From Anaeramoeba ignava BMAN (lineage: Eukaryota > Protista > Anaeramoebae): a DNA stretch of 64,000 nt. The stretch covers positions 682,001 to 746,000 of the forward strand of contig JAPDFW010000011.1 of NCBI GenBank assembly GCA_028826165.1, given 5' to 3'. Below, in pieces: positions 62,832 through 64,000 of this stretch. How positions within the stretch are numbered: position 1 is the first letter of the stretch; each line of letters opens with the position of its first letter. The position numbers were made by a program, and so were the translations under genes. The notes beneath the pieces were generated by a model. That model made no database searches, was not told the DNA's origin, and saw nothing but the letters and a program-made list of their open reading frames with translations.

Positions 62832-64000
62832 ATGAAAAAATTAAATGATATTATCTTTGCAGGAGATAATCAAACCATTTCAATTTTACCAAATAACAAA
62901 AGAAAAATCAAAAGATTCACCAAAATCAAAATTTCAGACACAAAACAAATTAAACAAATTTCATCAAGTCAATTTTCAACAATTTTCCTTTTTGAAAATG
63001 GAGAAGCAATAGAATATTTAAATAAAAAATTTTCTCTTACGAATCCTCAAAGAATCCCAATCAAAAACATCATAAAAGTATCAGCTGGTTGTGATAATGA
63101 AGTTGTTTTATCATCAGAAGGAAATGCATTTGCAAAAGGAAAAGATATAAATAAAAAAAAGCGGAACACATTTTATAAGATTTCTGAAATGATACCTGAT
63201 CAAAATGATAGAATAATTAAAGATGCTGTTTGTGGAGGTTATTCAGTTTATTTATTAACTGAAAAAGGAAATGTTTATGGAATTGGTGGAAATTATCATG
63301 GCCAACTTGCTCAAGATTCACCAATAGATATCAAAAAACTAATTTTAGTCAACAAAAATGTCTCTAAAATATTTACAGGAAGTAATTCTAAATCTGTGTT
63401 TTTTTTAAATGAAAATCAAGAGTTATTTTGTTGTGGAGACAATAGTTTCAATAAATTAGGCATCGGAAACAAAAAAGACAAACAAGCAAAAATAAGAAAA
63501 GTTGAAAATGTTCCAAAAGGCAAAATAATTGATATTCAATGTGGGGATTTCCATAGTTTATTATTGATGGAAGTGAAAGAAAAAGAATTCATAAGTGAAA
63601 GTGAAAATGAAAATGAAAATGAAAAAGAAAATCAAAAAGAATATGAATATACAACAAGAAAAATTTATTCATGTGGATATTATAAATACAATGGCCATGA
63701 TAGCAGTGATGATAAATTATATAAAGGTGAAAATACTGTAAACAAATTTGCTGAACTTAAATTATTTTTAGAAGATGATACTTATCCTAGTAAAATCACA
63801 ATCGGAGAAAGACACAGTTTGATTTTAACTTCAAATGGGAAATTGTATACATTTGGTGAAAATCTTTTTGGTCAATTAGGAACAGGAACTAGTAGTTCAG
63901 AACCATGTCCTAGAAAAATCAAAATTCCTGAGTTAGCATTTAATGAAGATATTTCAAATTATCATGTTGTATGCGGTACTTATACTTCATTTATTTATTA
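62832..64000 (+). CDS. RCC1 (+BTB expected) protein of the 59888 subfamily, truncated by the window end
   Basis: ATG AAA AAA TTA AAT GAT at 62832; colinear with 59888 through 'ISNYHVVCGTYTSFIY'. Confidence 0.85.
   Translation, partial: MKKLNDIIFAGDNQTISILPNNKRKIKRFTKIKISDTKQIKQISSSQFSTIFLFENGEAIEYLNKKFSLTNPQRIPIKNIIKVSAGCDNEVVLSSEGNAFAKGKDINKKKRNTFYKISEMIPDQNDRIIKDAVCGGYSVYLLTEKGNVYGIGGNYHGQLAQDSPIDIKKLILVNKNVSKIFTGSNSKSVFFLNENQELFCCGDNSFNKLGIGNKKDKQAKIRKVENVPKGKIIDIQCGDFHSLLLMEVKEKEFISESENENENEKENQKEYEYTTRKIYSCGYYKYNGHDSSDDKLYKGENTVNKFAELKLFLEDDTYPSKITIGERHSLILTSNGKLYTFGENLFGQLGTGTSSSEPCPRKIKIPELAFNEDISNYHVVCGTYTSFIY

Overview
Extremely AT-rich, intron-containing eukaryotic DNA from a microbial eukaryote. 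Composition, QN/EN hexamer repeats, BTB/RCC1/ankyrin/TLDc expansions and a TCATTTT initiator-like motif suggest an Anaeramoeba-like metamonad; this is inference, not proven. Accessory layer: ten RCC1-propeller + tandem-BTB paralogs (one truncated by the window edge) and three 3' fragments, one ~35-repeat ankyrin + tandem-BTB gene, and two BTB-TLDc genes in a ~4.6-4.8 kb cassette present twice in inverted orientation. Housekeeping layer: degenerate fimbrin, kinase-like protein, TOM1/GPR137-like 7TM, AVL9/DENN, UNG, AATF/Bfr2, UNC-50, G-alpha, a PAS protein and a CTDSP-like phosphatase, plus a T4 Rnl1-like RNA ligase and an RNase MRP RNA gene invisible to the ORF track. Main candidate system: a diversified repertoire of BTB adaptors with hypervariable, aromatic-rich loops on a near-constant body and interchangeable C-terminal tails (CaaX, none, acidic). 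Many long introns are filled with simple repeats and several have A-rich acceptors. Two unrelated satellites have ~144-146 bp periods. Many frameshifts and two 'echo' regions look like long-read consensus errors.
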